Assembly: GCA_043228905.1 (NCBI GenBank)
Contig: JBHGNT010000018.1
Location: 15,128,001 to 15,192,000 of the forward strand
Source of the DNA: Azolla caroliniana
Taxonomy: Eukaryota; Plantae; Polypodiophyta
Reading direction: 5' to 3'
DNA: 64,000 nt
Of this stretch, positions 12,865 through 25,200 are shown piece after piece. How positions within the stretch are numbered: position 1 is the stretch's first letter; each line of letters starts with the position of its first letter. The position numbers and the translations under genes were made by a program. The notes below the pieces were generated by a model. That model ran no database searches. It worked only from the letters and a program-made list of their open reading frames with translations, and was not told where the DNA came from.

Positions 12865-15051
12865 AAATGACATTGAAATAGAAATAGAAGCTAAGGATCA
12901 ACTTACACAGATGTTAGAAGGCGAAAATGCGGGAATATGAAGATTAGTTCGAATTCGAATCGACCCACTCCCTTGATAGTGAATTCGAAGGCCTTGACAC
13001 CGGGACAGACGGTGTGAAGAAAGCTTTAGAATCCGCGAACGAAAAGCTACGCCGGTCCACCCGAGAGAAGAACCCCGTAAACTGCTACGGCTACGTCGAG
13101 TACATGGCATATCACTATGCTTTTATGATGAAAGTAGCGTCAGTACGGGAATTGGAAACGCTTTCCAAAGCCGCAAAGGATCCGCGATGGGTCGACGGGA
13201 TGAGTGAGGAGATGGAAGCTTTATGCAAAAACGAGACATGGGATCTCATTCCCCTCCCCCCAAACAAGAAAGTGATTGGTTGCAAATGGATATACAAAGT
13301 AAAATACAATGCATTATGGATCCGTGAATCGCTTCAAAGCACGACTCATTTCGAAAGGCTACACGCAAACGCACAACATAGACTACGAAGAAACCTTTGC
13401 CCCGGTGGCAAAGATGACAATTGTACGGACAATAATTGCACTCGCCGCAATGAAGGGATGGCACCTCCACCAGATGGACGTGCAAAATGCTTTCCTCCAA
13501 GGAGAGTTAGAAGAAGAGGTGTACATGATATAACCACCCGGATTCGAATCGCGTAAGCATCCTTATGCCAACTCAAGAAGCCACTCTACGGCCTCAAACA
13601 AGCACCGCGTGCTTGGCATTCGAAGATCACGCAGTATCTTCACCAAGTCGGATTTCGGATGTCAAAATCTAACACCTCTCTGTACATCCGAAACAAGTCG
13701 GATTGCCTAATCATCATCATCCTGTACGTGGATGATTTGGTCATTGGAGGGAAGGATCTCGCGGAGATTAACAAAGTCAAATCACTTCTTTCCGGCAGAT
13801 TCAAAATGAAATACTTACACGAGCTCCATTACTTCCTAGGTATTGAAGTAATTCGGACACTAGTCGGAATAATGATCTCATAACGACACTACATTCTCAA
13901 CTTACTCTACAAGTTCGGAATGACCAAGTGCAAGCTTGTGTCTACCCCTCTTGATCGTAATCTGAAGATCGATGCCAATTCTAGAACTGCTGAGACTGAG
14001 CCGACTCAGTATCGAAAACTGATCGGTAGTTTGATCTATCTGACAACCCTAAACCCTGAGTTATTCGGTCGGCCTACTTTGCCAATTTATGCAGAATCCG
14101 CGAAATCTTCATTTGGACTGCGCTAAGAGGATACTTTGGTATGTCAGTACGACAATGGACTACAACGTTATGTACAAGACCAATGCGATCATTCGACTCG
14201 AAGGGTACACAGACGCGGATTGGGTAGGATATAAAGTGGACAGGCGATCCACATCCGGATTCGTCTTCTCTCTTAGTAGTGGACCGATCTCCTGGAGTAG
14301 TAAGAAGCAGTCGATAGTCGCACTGTCGAGCACGGAAGCCGAATACAGGGGCGCAGCAGTCGCCGCACACGAAGCCGTCTGGCTCAAACGCGTACTAAAG
14401 GATCTGGGCGTACCCATCAAGGATCCAATTCGTCTCTATTGCGACAACATGAGCAGTCGATAGTCGCACTGTCGAGCACGGAAGCCGAATACAGGGGCGC
14501 AGCAGTCGCCGCACACGAAGCCGTCTGGCTCAAACGCGTACTAAAGGATCTGGGCGTACCCATCAAGGATCCAATTCGTCTCTATTGCGACAACATCCGG
14601 ATTCGTCTTCTCTCTTAGTAGTGGACCGATCTCCTGGAGTAGTAAGAAGCAGTCGATAGTCGCACTGTCGAGCACGGAAGCCGAATACAGGGGCGCAGCA
14701 GTCGCCGCACACGAAGCCGTCTGGCTCAAACGCGTACTAAAGGATCTGGGCGTACCCATCAAGGATCCAATTCGTCTCTATTGCGACAACATGAGCAGTA
14801 TCTACCTAGAGCGGAATCCCGTATTCCACTCGCGGACTAAGCATATCGAAGTCCACTACCACATCATCTGCGAACGCGTACAAGCCGGAGAGATCGACCT
14901 ACAACACATTAGTACACACCTCCAGGTTGCTGATATTTTTACGAAAGCTCTAGGCGTCGACAAGCTCGGGCAATTTGCCTCGGACCTTGGTCTCACGACA
15001 TCAACATTGCCGAGCTTGAGGGGGAGTACGCAACATACGCAACACGGATAG
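12865..15051 (+). pseudogene. Copia A RT and RNase H (disrupted)
   Basis: [57 protein letters not shown]. Confidence 0.92.
14251..14799 (+). repeat. Complex tandem triplication inside the RNase H of A
   Basis: An approximately 146-bp segment occurs at 14306, 14452 and 14648; segment ACATCCGGATTC.. occurs at 14251 and 14593; junction microhomologies AGCAGT and ACAT. Confidence 0.9.
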
Positions 15052-15183
15052 ACTACGCAACACGCAACACACAACACGCAATAAGAAACATAAAACAATA
15101 AAGTCGGAATTCGATTCCTTAAATCGAAGTACTCCGAAGAAAAAACGACTTTTCAATAGATGGAAGTTGTGTTCGAAGGGGCG

Positions 15184-15488
15184 TGTTGAGAATCGAACTC
15201 AACTTCCCATAGATAGGTTTCACACTAGGTCATGGACATGTTGGGCTAGTTTTGTAAATAGTAGAAAGGGCACTTGCCCTAGCTTAGTTGGTATATAAAC
15301 CAACGCATTGTAACTTAGTAACTATTGGATGTTTTATGTTTTGATGTATTTTTGGTTAATACACAGTTTAGTTCCATCTCTGTCTTAAGAGCTCTCTCTC
15401 TCTCTCTCTCTCTCTCTCGGTTGCGACACACACTCTCTCTCTCATCTTCCGCTGCATTACAACCACTCTTCCTCCTCATTTCTTTGCA
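15184..15488 (+). repeat. 3' LTR of copia A
   Basis: Matches 2325-2631; preceded by GAAGGGGCG; followed by TSD ACTAT. Confidence 0.95.
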
Positions 15489-15497
15489 ACTATGTCT

Positions 15498-15998
15498 TGT
15501 TGTCCATAGGCCAGAAATGTAATTACAAAATATGTAAACTCGCCGGTAGGTAGAAAAGTAGGTGAGAAAATAGGTAGAATAAAATTAGTCGAGTTTTGAG
15601 CCCCTCACAATCAGTCGACGGCTCGACTCTGTGTAAAGAAGAAAACTATATAAGCCGAGACTTGCATACCTCGAGAGGAGGAAATACCTAGATTATTTAG
15701 CAGGATTAATATCGTAGCACTGAGCTCTGCACAAAACTATTTCCGGCCGAGAGTCGTGTACTGTATTCATTGTGAGCTTTCTCATTAATATAAATCTTAC
15801 TCTTACTGTTCCTTCATCTTTGGATTCTTCCTGTACTCGTAAACGGAGCTACGTCTACGTCTACCGGTTTGTAGCTAGAGTACGCTCCCCGTTCCCCTAA
15901 CGTCTTCTCGGTGTAGAAGAAGCCTCCACATAACACGACCCCTTGATACCGATAGCCTGTGGCCTCATCGAAGGTGTTTCCTCCATAAACGGTTAACA
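15498..15998 (+). repeat. 5' LTR of C
   Basis: Alignable over its full length to 59763-60264; CTATATAAG near 15647. Confidence 0.93.
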
Positions 15999-16003
15999 CA
16001 ATT

Positions 16004-16016
16004 TGGCACGCCCGGT
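16004..16016 (+). promoter_or_regulatory. PBS of C (tRNA-Arg, UCU-type)
   Basis: TGGCACGCCCGGT 5 nt after the LTR; 13-nt complement to the recalled tRNA-Arg 3' end ..ACCGGGCGUGCCA. Confidence 0.75.
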
Positions 16017-16322
16017 TACAGTTGTAAGGTCACAACGAACTACATAGGAGGCAAACCTCAGCTGCCATTACGGCGCCCAATCGCATCACACAGTCTCAAC
16101 CGCCTACCTGATGCCCTGAGCCAGTCGAAGGAACTTCCAACTCGGCGGTCACTGACCAATCTTTCCAGGAACTATCGTAGGCCCACCGGTTGCAATTCCT
16201 TGCCACCCGATACCTAGTCGCGAGTTGATTCCGCACCGATCTCCCCACCAAGCCCTCCAGAGGTGACCCAACCTGACCCTAACCCTTTACCGAATTTACC
16301 TAAAGACCCGGATCTCGATACC

Positions 16323-16889
16323 ATGCCTTACCCTTACCCACGATATACAAACGGCCCAGATGCGGAATCGCACACCCGTGCTTTCGTGTCCACATGGTAG
16401 GCCAACCACTCGACCCAACGGTTATCGGCTACCGAAATCAGGTCCTCCAAAATCGTGGAATTTGCTCTATTGCTCGATGGACCGGCTGCTCGATGGTATT
16501 CTCGCCTCGACGTGGGGGAGGTCGCAACATTCCAAGACGTCCGAACAAAGTTTCTAGAATTATTTCACCGCGAAGTTTCGAAGCGCGAACTGCTCCGACA
16601 GTTCTTTTCCATGAGCCAAGAACCTCACGAGATGGTTGCCTAGTTCACGATCCAGTTTCAGGATCTCTACCGACAACTGGCCGACGATGTCTCCGCACAT
16701 CACATTCCAGATACCTTCCTTTCCAGCCTACGAGAGCCTCTACGGACGACTCTCACACTTACCAATTTCTCTAACCAGACAATCGAGAAAGTCATCGTAT
16801 GCGTCCTCGCCATCGATCAGACACAACATACCACGACTTTCTCTATGGGCTCTTTGCAAAGCACCCTTCCTCCGTAGGACAATCGGTTT
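16323..16889 (+). pseudogene. C gag, N-terminal capsid part
   Basis: MPYPYPRY.., EFALLLDGPAARWY, RELLRQFFSMSQ; homologous to G gag. Confidence 0.85.
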
Positions 16890-17392
16890 TGTTGAGCGGC
16901 AAGCTCAACTGGAGCCGGATCGGCTGAATAAGCTTGAGTTGGCAAGCGAGACGGATCGGTAAGCTATGAGCAACCGAGCCGGCAAGCAACAAAGCTGGTG
17001 AGCTGGGGAGCCGGTTAGCCGGATCCAATCAGTAACCGGAAGCCTAGTATTAGTGTAGACTACTAGGCAATTGTAGTCTCGTAGTAAGTGTCAGATGCTC
17101 GTGTGAGAATTGAAGTACATGGTACTTCTGTCAGTCCCACGAGGACTTGTATAAATAATGCTATTGAGCATAGTTGTATGTACAGAGTGTTTTTATGGTT
17201 TTTGAATATAGCCTTGAAGTTCTGCTCTCTCTGTCTCTCCTGTGTACTCTGTGTATTCCCTACCTTCTCTGTTTTCTAACGCTTCCGCAAGTAATCGTTT
17301 ACATGGTATCAAAGCGCGAGGGTTGAGAACCTCTACAACCAAGAAACGCTTGAAAGCAAACCCTAACATGTCGTAAAACAATAGACAGAGAA

Positions 17393-18508
17393 GTGATGGA
17401 TAGAGGGATGGCTAGCTCGCTCCCTGTGGAGAGACTCGACAGATCCAACTATGCATGTTGGTTGTATAAGATGCACCAGTACTTGCTTGGGCATGGCTAC
17501 TGGAGTTTCATCGAAGGAGCCAACGAAACAACACCTGATGCGGCACATAAGGACTTCCCAGTGTGGGAACAATCGGCAAGCAGAGTGATGTATTGTTTCG
17601 CATCCAGTGTCGGAGACCAGTTGCTGAGCCACATCTGAGACGCCAAGACGCCGAAGGAGGCTTGGGGGAACCTGAAGAAGGTTTTCGCCGCGAGCACTAC
17701 AGCCTGGAAGCTGCAACTCCGACAGGAGTTGAGCAATGTTCGACAGAAGGACATGTCGGTGGCGGATTACATGGCCCGGATCAAAGAGATCTGTGACTCG
17801 CTTGCCTCTATCAACGTTACCGTAGAGGAAGACGAGATGGTGCAGGTCTGTCTTGGGGGCCTGGCATCTAAGTTCAGAGCGTTCCGAACGGCTGTGTGTA
17901 CAAGGGAGAATACGCCGTCATTTTTCGACTTACAGTCGATGCTCCTTGTAGAGGAGAACCACGCTGGTGCGTCAACTAGCGCACCCACTGACAACCAGAT
18001 ACTGTACACGAAGGCGGATCGGTCCCGTGGGCGTGGTTGCTGAGGCGGGTCGGCACGCAACGGAGGCGGCCGGCAAGAGCAAGAACGAAGGCACAGAGAA
18101 CGTGCCGACAACGGTTCCGGGACTCCCACAGGTAGAGGAAGTCATGGCAACCCCGAAAGACGCCAAGAGTAGTCAGCAACGGAATGTTGGACAAAACAAG
18201 CCGATTCGGACAAATCCGGATCTGGCAAGGCCGGCAAGGATGGTCGGCAAAGCTCGCACTACGCGAAGGGATCGGGAGGATCCAAGAATGGTAACGGGCC
18301 AGCCTTGGTGATGAAGCACGAGGCAAACTCAATGAATAAGACCACTTCCAAATCAGAGGAAGTGTGGTATGTTGATTCCGGTGCATCGAACCACATGACG
18401 AACCACAAAGAGTGGTTCTCATTTTTGGAGAAACCAGATCAACCAGGAGTAGTTGAAACCGGAGACGACATTCCTCACCCAATTGTGCACGTCGGAGAAG
18501 TCCCTTTG
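17393..18508 (+). pseudogene. D gag and protease
   Basis: ERLDRSNYACW, VQVCLGGL, WYVDSGASNHM; zinc knuckle apparently deleted near 18185. Confidence 0.88.
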
Positions 18509-19667
18509 TGACGGGAACCCAACGTTCCTTATGCGCAACGCTCGGCCACAACCGAGCTTAGAATGATACACAGAAAACGGGAAATAAAACGCGACACAAA
18601 GAAGGAGAGAATATACAGGAGGTTTACGTGAGAAAACCCCAAACTAGGGGAAAAAACCACGGTAGCCCACAGGCTGCAAACTGTCACTATGTAGGAATAT
18701 ACAACAGTGAGTTCACTGAGGCACCGACCTCGTGCTCACAAATCTTCGCCACAGGCGGCAGTTACAACAGAGGCAACAACCTCTTTCTCTCTCTCTCTCT
18801 CTCTGTACAGTTACGCACACTAATCTCGTGCAAAACAGAAAATGATAACAACAACTAAAAGTTTGCCCTAAGTCATATTTATACTAATCTGACTTTTCGG
18901 CTATTTACAAATATAGCCTCGATGGGCTCTCAGAAACATATTTACGAATATGTCTCTTCCTCCGGTTCTCACCGGTTCTACACCATCCGGCTCTCCGTAG
19001 CCGGGTACTCCTCATCCGGTTCACACCGGGCCTGCACCATCCAGCTCTCCGTAGCCGGGTACTCCTCATCCGGTTCACAGCGGGCCTGCACCATCCGGCT
19101 CTCCGTAGCCGGGTACTCCTCATCCGGTTTCAGCCAAGGCCTATCGGCCTCGGCCGAGTTTGTTCATCGGCACTGTTCTTCTCCCTTCCCATCCGGAGGG
19201 ACCTGTCTTGCCGGACTCAAGTCTTTCATTGAGAAGGTCCGGTTGAGAGCCTTCTTCAGCATCCGTATTTTGACTTGGTCCCGTTCGACGATCAACATGT
19301 CATCCACGTACAGGAGGAGTATCAAGAAGTCGCCTCCTTCGAACTTCTTCACAAACACGCAGTGATCGGCCTGCGTCTTGTGGTACCCTTGATCGGTCAT
19401 GAAGGAGTCGAACTTCCGGTAGCATTGTCGAGGAGCCTGCTTTAGTCCGTACAGGCTCTTCTTCAACCGGCATACCAGGTGCTCCTTCCCTTTCTCCACG
19501 AATCCTTCCGGTTGTTGCATGTAGATCTCCTTTTCGAGGTCGCCATGAAGGAATGTCGTCTTCACGTCCAGCTGCTCTACCTCAAGGTCCATGCTTCCCA
19601 TCTGGAGGGACCTGTTCATCGGCACTGTTCTTCTCCCTTCCCATCCGGAGGGACCTGTCTCCCAACA
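18509..19667 (-). mobile_element. E1: solo-LTR-like copia insertion carrying an internal RT fragment
   Basis: TG..CA termini; TSD CTTTG at 18504-18508 and 19668-19672; LTR homologous to 26463-27112; RT piece 19203-19592 (EQLDVKTTFLHG..LYVDDML); three 54-bp repeats at about 18957-19130. Confidence 0.88.
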
Positions 19668-19672
19668 CTTTG

Positions 19673-21736
19673 AGCCACGCTGGACAAAAGGGGAAGCTGA
19701 TGAACGTATTACACGTTCCGACAATCACGAAGAACCTGGTGTCGGTCGGACAGATCGTCGACCAAGGGATGCAGGTGCGGTTTACGCACCTCGGGTGCTT
19801 CATCGAGGAAGAGGGCCAGATTATTGCAAAAGTGCGCAGAGACGGGAGGATGTTTATCCTCGACACCAATGACGTCGGCACCGCTCTGTTTGCAAAAGGA
19901 CAGAAGGTCAAATCGGACATCGACCTGTGGCACAAGCGGATAGGCCACGTCAATTACCGGAAGCTTCAAGACCTGCAAATGAAACAAGTTGTTTTCGGTT
20001 TGCCGAAGTTTAACGGTCAGAAGGCCCAAGTATGTGAAGCCTGCCAACTCGGGAAGCAACACCGGCTTCCATTCCCCACCAAACGTAACCGGAGCCGTAA
20101 CAAGCTCGACCTTATCCATTCGGATGTGTGGGGACCGGCACAGAATGTTAGTCTTGGCGGGAGTCGATATTTTGTCTCCTTCATCAACGACTATACGCGG
20201 CACACATGGATCTACCTCATTGAGCGGAAGAGTGAAGTCTTCGAGTGTTTTCGGAGTCTCCAAAGCATGGTGGAACGGGAATCGGAGAGGAGGATCAAAT
20301 GCCTGCGGTCGGATGGTGGAAAAGAGTACTTTTCCGGCCAATTCAACAGTTATCTGCAGCAAAAGGGAATTCGGGTAAAGTTCATTTGAAGATACACACC
20401 GCAACAGAATGGTGTTGCCGAAAGGAAGAACTGGTCGCTTATTGATGCAGCAAGGGCAATGCTGGAGGAGAAAAGCATGCCCAAATTCTACTGGGCGGAG
20501 GCAGTCCGAATAGCTGTCTACATCCAGAACCGGATCGGTGACAAGGTGTCAGCTCACGAGCTGTATTTCGGGCGCAAGACGAATTTGAGACACCTTAAGA
20601 TCTTCGGTAGCATTGCATATGTGCATGTACCGGAAGAGAAGCGGAGGAAGCTAGATGCAAAATCGGAAAAATGCATCCTAATCGGCTATGCTCAAGAGCA
20701 GAAGGGTTATAAGTGTTATAACCCCCGGACAAAGCAGGTCTGAGTTAGTCGAGATGTCGAGTTCGATGAATCGGCATCGTGGTACTCCTTACTGGCTCCA
20801 AGTTCCGAATCTGACCCGGTGCCGGTGGATTAGGCTAGTGAGCCTGAACCGGCCCAGGTAGAGGATGATGAAGCGTGGACTCAGGATGAGAGTCTGGAAT
20901 CGTTTCGGTTGAGCGGGCCAAATGAGAGACTGAGTCAATCTGACTAGTCCGATGAGGAACAGGCGCGTAGTGGAGACTCTGACGTGCACTCCTCGCGCAA
21001 GGAACCGAGGCGACGGTTCACGCGCAAAGAGAAGGGGAAGAAGAAGATGCCGGAATTCGAAAACGGCAACGATGAGTCGGATCAGTGTGCATCCGACTCC
21101 GGCAAGGAGAAAGGCGGATCTTCGGCAACGAAGACCGAACCGGCCAAGAAGGGCCTCAATCCGGGTAATAGTGAGTTACGTCGGTCCACCCGCCAGAAGG
21201 ATCCCGTCAAGCGGTAACAGTGAGTTACGACGAGACCTTCGCTCTGGTAGCAAAGATGACGACAGTTTGTGTGGTGCTGGTATCTTCACCAGATGGATGT
21301 GAAGAATGCGTTTCTTCAGGGTGATCTTGAAGAAGAAGTCTTTATGACTCAGCCCCCCAACTTTCAATCGGAGATGAACAAGTCGGCGGTATGCCGGTTG
21401 AAGAAGTCGTTGTACGTCTTGAAGCAAGCCCCTCGAGCTTGGAATGCGAAGATCACGCACCAGTTGAGTAACATGGGGTTTGTGGCCTCCAAATCGGACT
21501 CTTCGTTGTTCATCCGGCAAGGCTCAGCCGGCCCGATATGTATACTTCTGTATGTTGATGATCTAGTCATCACCGGACCGGGTGTTCCAGAAATCAACCG
21601 CATCAAGTCCTTGTTGTCAGACGCATTTGAGATGAAGGACCTAGGGGACCTTAATTATTTTCTTGGGATCGAGATGATCCGAACCCCCGACGGCATATTA
21701 CTCTCACAACGACATTACGTTTTGAATATGCTGTAC
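19673..21736 (+). pseudogene. D integrase and RT (deletion near 21225)
   Basis: LWHKRIGH, CEACQLGKQ, IHSDVWGP, LRSDGGKEY, HQMDVKNAFL, LYVDDL. Confidence 0.9.
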
Positions 21737-22029
21737 TGTCATGATATGGCAAGACTCGAACCCATGACCTTATGCTACATGGGTCGAGCTCTTGACCATT
21801 ACACTATACATTGTAATATGTAGAATATTATTTTCATTTATGTTTTATTATAGAAAATTGATGTATATTCCAGATTTATCTGGAACATTCTAGAAACTTC
21901 AGGAGTATTCCTTAGAACACTATAATATGAGGCACAAGGCATTATTTCGAACCAAATCGGTTCAACGCCAATCTTAAGCCTCCTAGCTACTGTACATTTT
22001 CTTCACATAATATATTTCTTTTCTTATCA

Positions 22030-22073
<44 letters not shown>

Positions 22074-22174
22074 TCACTCACTCTTTCCTTCTCTCGAGAG
22101 TTCTTCACCTCTCTTAGTACTAATACTTCTTTTAGTATTAATTCCTTCTCTATCTTAGTACTGTTCTTGACAGT

Positions 22175-22186
22175 TTGAACCGATTT
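22175..22186 (+). promoter_or_regulatory. Self-priming PBS of T
   Basis: TTGAACCGATTT is the exact reverse complement of LTR AAATCGGTTCAA (21954-21965), which lies about 30 nt after TATAAT. Confidence 0.85.
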
Positions 22187-22247
22187 CCTTCTAACTTCTG
22201 TCTCTCTCATTTCCTACTAATCTCTTATTCCTCTTTTCTTTCATCCC

Positions 22248-25200
22248 ATGGCCACTGTTAGCGCTGAAGAATATCAATCTGTTTTCTCGGAATTTCAATG
22301 CTTGAAAGAGAAGTTCCATGCTTTGGAACAAGAAAACCAACGGTTGTTGGGGGATCTTCAACAAATTTGCTTAGAAAAGCAGCAAACGCAACAACAACAT
22401 GGGGATTTTGCGTTACGCGTGCAACAACTCGAAGCAACCATCATAGCGATGCAACAACAAGGGCCCGGAACACAAGGGATTCATAAAGAACCCAAGATTG
22501 GCCTTCCCACGAAGTTCGATGGAACGCGATCGCAGTTTAGAGGGTTCCTTAACCAGGTACGATTAGTTATTCAAATGCATCCTTCCCGATATCCCATCGA
22601 TGCATCACGAGTGGGTTTAGTAGGCACTTTGTTAAGTGGCTCAGCGTTGGCATGGTTCGTTACTCAACAATTTTGAAGAGTTTCTAGGTGAGTTTAAAGC
22701 ATGTTTCGGAGATACTGACAGCATCAAGACCGCAATCAACAAAATTCGGCGATTACCGTGGTTCGAGTTACATAACCCAGACATAGATTGGAGAACAAGA
22801 GAAATCCGGTGTCGACAAATCCAAGGGTCAACTTAGAAGATGGCAACCATTTCGCTACGTCAATTGCGTAAAGAAGGGCGCAAGGACGAAATGTTCCTCT
22901 TTGCAATATCAGTAAACCCCTCCAGCACCACTAAAGAAGAATCCACCGTTCAACTTCCCGAGAAGTATCGTCATTACGCCAATGTGTTCGATAAAGTACA
23001 AGCCAACACACTTCCTCATCATCGACCATACGATTGCCCCATCGATTTACAATTGGGAAAAGAGCCACCATGGGAACCGATCTACAATTTGTCACCAACC
23101 GAGCTGGAAGTCCTTCGGGCCTATATAGAGGAGAATTTGGAAAATGGTTTCATTTGGCATTCGATATCTCCATCCGGCGCGCCCATTTTCTTCGTCAAGA
23201 AAAAGGATGGATCGCTTCGTCTCATTGTAGATTACCGTGGCCCAAATAAGGTTACAATCAGGAATAGGTATGCTCTTCCCCTTATCTCAAGTCTTTTAGA
23301 ATGGATCAATGGTGCCAGGTTCTTCACGAAGATCGACTTACGGGGAGCATATAACCTCGTACGGATCCGACTAGGAGATGAATGGAAGACCGCGTTTCGC
23401 ACCAGATATGGGCACTTCGAGTATACGGTCATGCCGTTCGGCCTAACTAATGCGCCGGCAGTCTTCCAGCACATGGCTAATGATATATTCTGAGATCTAT
23501 TGGATGATTGTTTGATCATCTATTTGGATGATCTATTGGTTTATTCAAAGACCCAAGAAGAACATGATTCTCATGTACTATTAGTACTAAAACGACTTCG
23601 AGAACATGGTTTGTATGCAAAGCTGGAAAAATGTAGTTTCGGGTGCAACCAAGTGGAATTTCTCGGCTACATCATTTCGTCAGAAGGCATCTCCATGGAC
23701 CCAGCTAAGGTCAAAATGGTGGTAGAATGGCAGACTTTGCGTTCGGTGCGGGATGTGCAATGCTTCCTAGGCTTTGCCAATTTTTACCGGAAGTTCATAC
23801 AAGATTACTCAAAGATCGTTCTACCTCTCACACAACTTACCAGGAAGGGACAACCGTTCATCTGGTCTGGAGAAACAGACATGGCTTTCGAGAGTTTTAA
23901 AAAGGCATTTACATCGGCTCCAATTCTAGCTCATGTCGATCCGGAAAAACCATTCATTATCGAAGCTGACGCATCGGATTTTGTATTGGGGAGCATTCTC
24001 TCACAACAGGGGAATGATGAGAAGCTACATCTTGTGGCTTTTCACTCATGCAAGTTTGACGCCGCCGAAATCAACTACGAAATTCATGATAAGGAGCTAT
24101 TGGCAATAGTGGATTCTTTTATGCAATGGAGGCATTTTCTAGAAGGATCCTCTCATCCGGTCACCGTATTTAGTGACCACAAGAACCTTGCCTACTTTCA
24201 GGATGCTCGTGTGTTGAATCGACGTAAAGCTCGGTGGGCCCACTTCCTCACATGTTTCAACTTCAAAATTACATATCGTCCGAGGAAGCACCAAGGGAAG
24301 GCAGATGCATTATCATGGCGTTCGTATCTAGCACCCCATCCCGGCGAGCCAGCTTTCGATAACCAAAAACAAGTCATCTTGGGACCGGCACGACTACAAG
24401 CAACACAGATCTTTGACATGCCCATGGATTCCCATGTTATCGATACCATACGCGAAGACTTGAAGACAGATGCGTTCGCCCAAGCTATACTAGCACAAAT
24501 TGATCCCTCTCGAGCGTCATGTTCACAGTCGCAACCACCAGGTACAGACTATCGGCAATTCAAATACCATGATGGATTACTCTTCTTTAAAAAACTTTTG
24601 TATGTTCCTAATGGTTCTTGCTGCCTTCAAGTAGTACAAAACTGTCATGACACATATACAGCTGGGCATTTTGGTAGTACTAAAACATTACATTTAGTAC
24701 AACGATTATTTTGGTGGCCCTGTATGCGACAATTTGTTGAGGATTTTGTTCGGACTTGTGATACATGCTGTAGAGCGAAAATGCCAAGGCATCATCCATA
24801 TGGTTTATTAGAACCATTACCAATTCCAAGCAAGCCATGGCAATCCATTGCTCTAGACTTCATTACAGATCTTCCAGTCTCTAAGGGGTTCAATGCGATT
24901 CTAACGGTGGTCGATCGATATACGAAGATGGCTCATTTCTTGCCATGTACTAAGGAGATCTCCAGTGAAGACATTGCCGAAATTGTCATGTGTGAAGTAT
25001 GTCGGCATCATGGACTTCCCGATAGTATCATCAGCGACCGTGGACCCCAGTTCGTGTCAAAATTCTGGAGGCACCTTTTTAACATGCTCAAGGTCACTTG
25101 TAACCTCTCCTCCGGCTACCACCCACAAACCGACGGCCAAGCCGAACGAACCAATCAAATGCTGGAGCAGTATTTGCAGTGCTTTCTCAGCTATCATCAG

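Larger units (their letters stand above)
2325..15488 (+). mobile_element. Ty1/copia LTR retrotransposon A, full length, decayed, interrupted by B
   Basis: LTRs 2325-2631 and 15184-15488 (TG..CA); TSD ACTAT at 2320-2324 and 15489-15493; PBS TGGTATCAGAG; gag-PR-INT-RT-RH domain order. Confidence 0.95.

Noticed and set aside
15814-15999. Antisense ORF present in both C LTRs (also 60080-60277); similar paired ORFs in the B, G and H LTRs
   Set aside because: LTR pairs are identical at insertion, so recurrence is expected; no recognisable domain and many differences are non-synonymous.
18957-19130. Regularly spaced repeats resembling a CRISPR array (also 60470-61600)
   Set aside because: Tandem or degenerate units without unique spacers, no cas genes, eukaryotic TE context.
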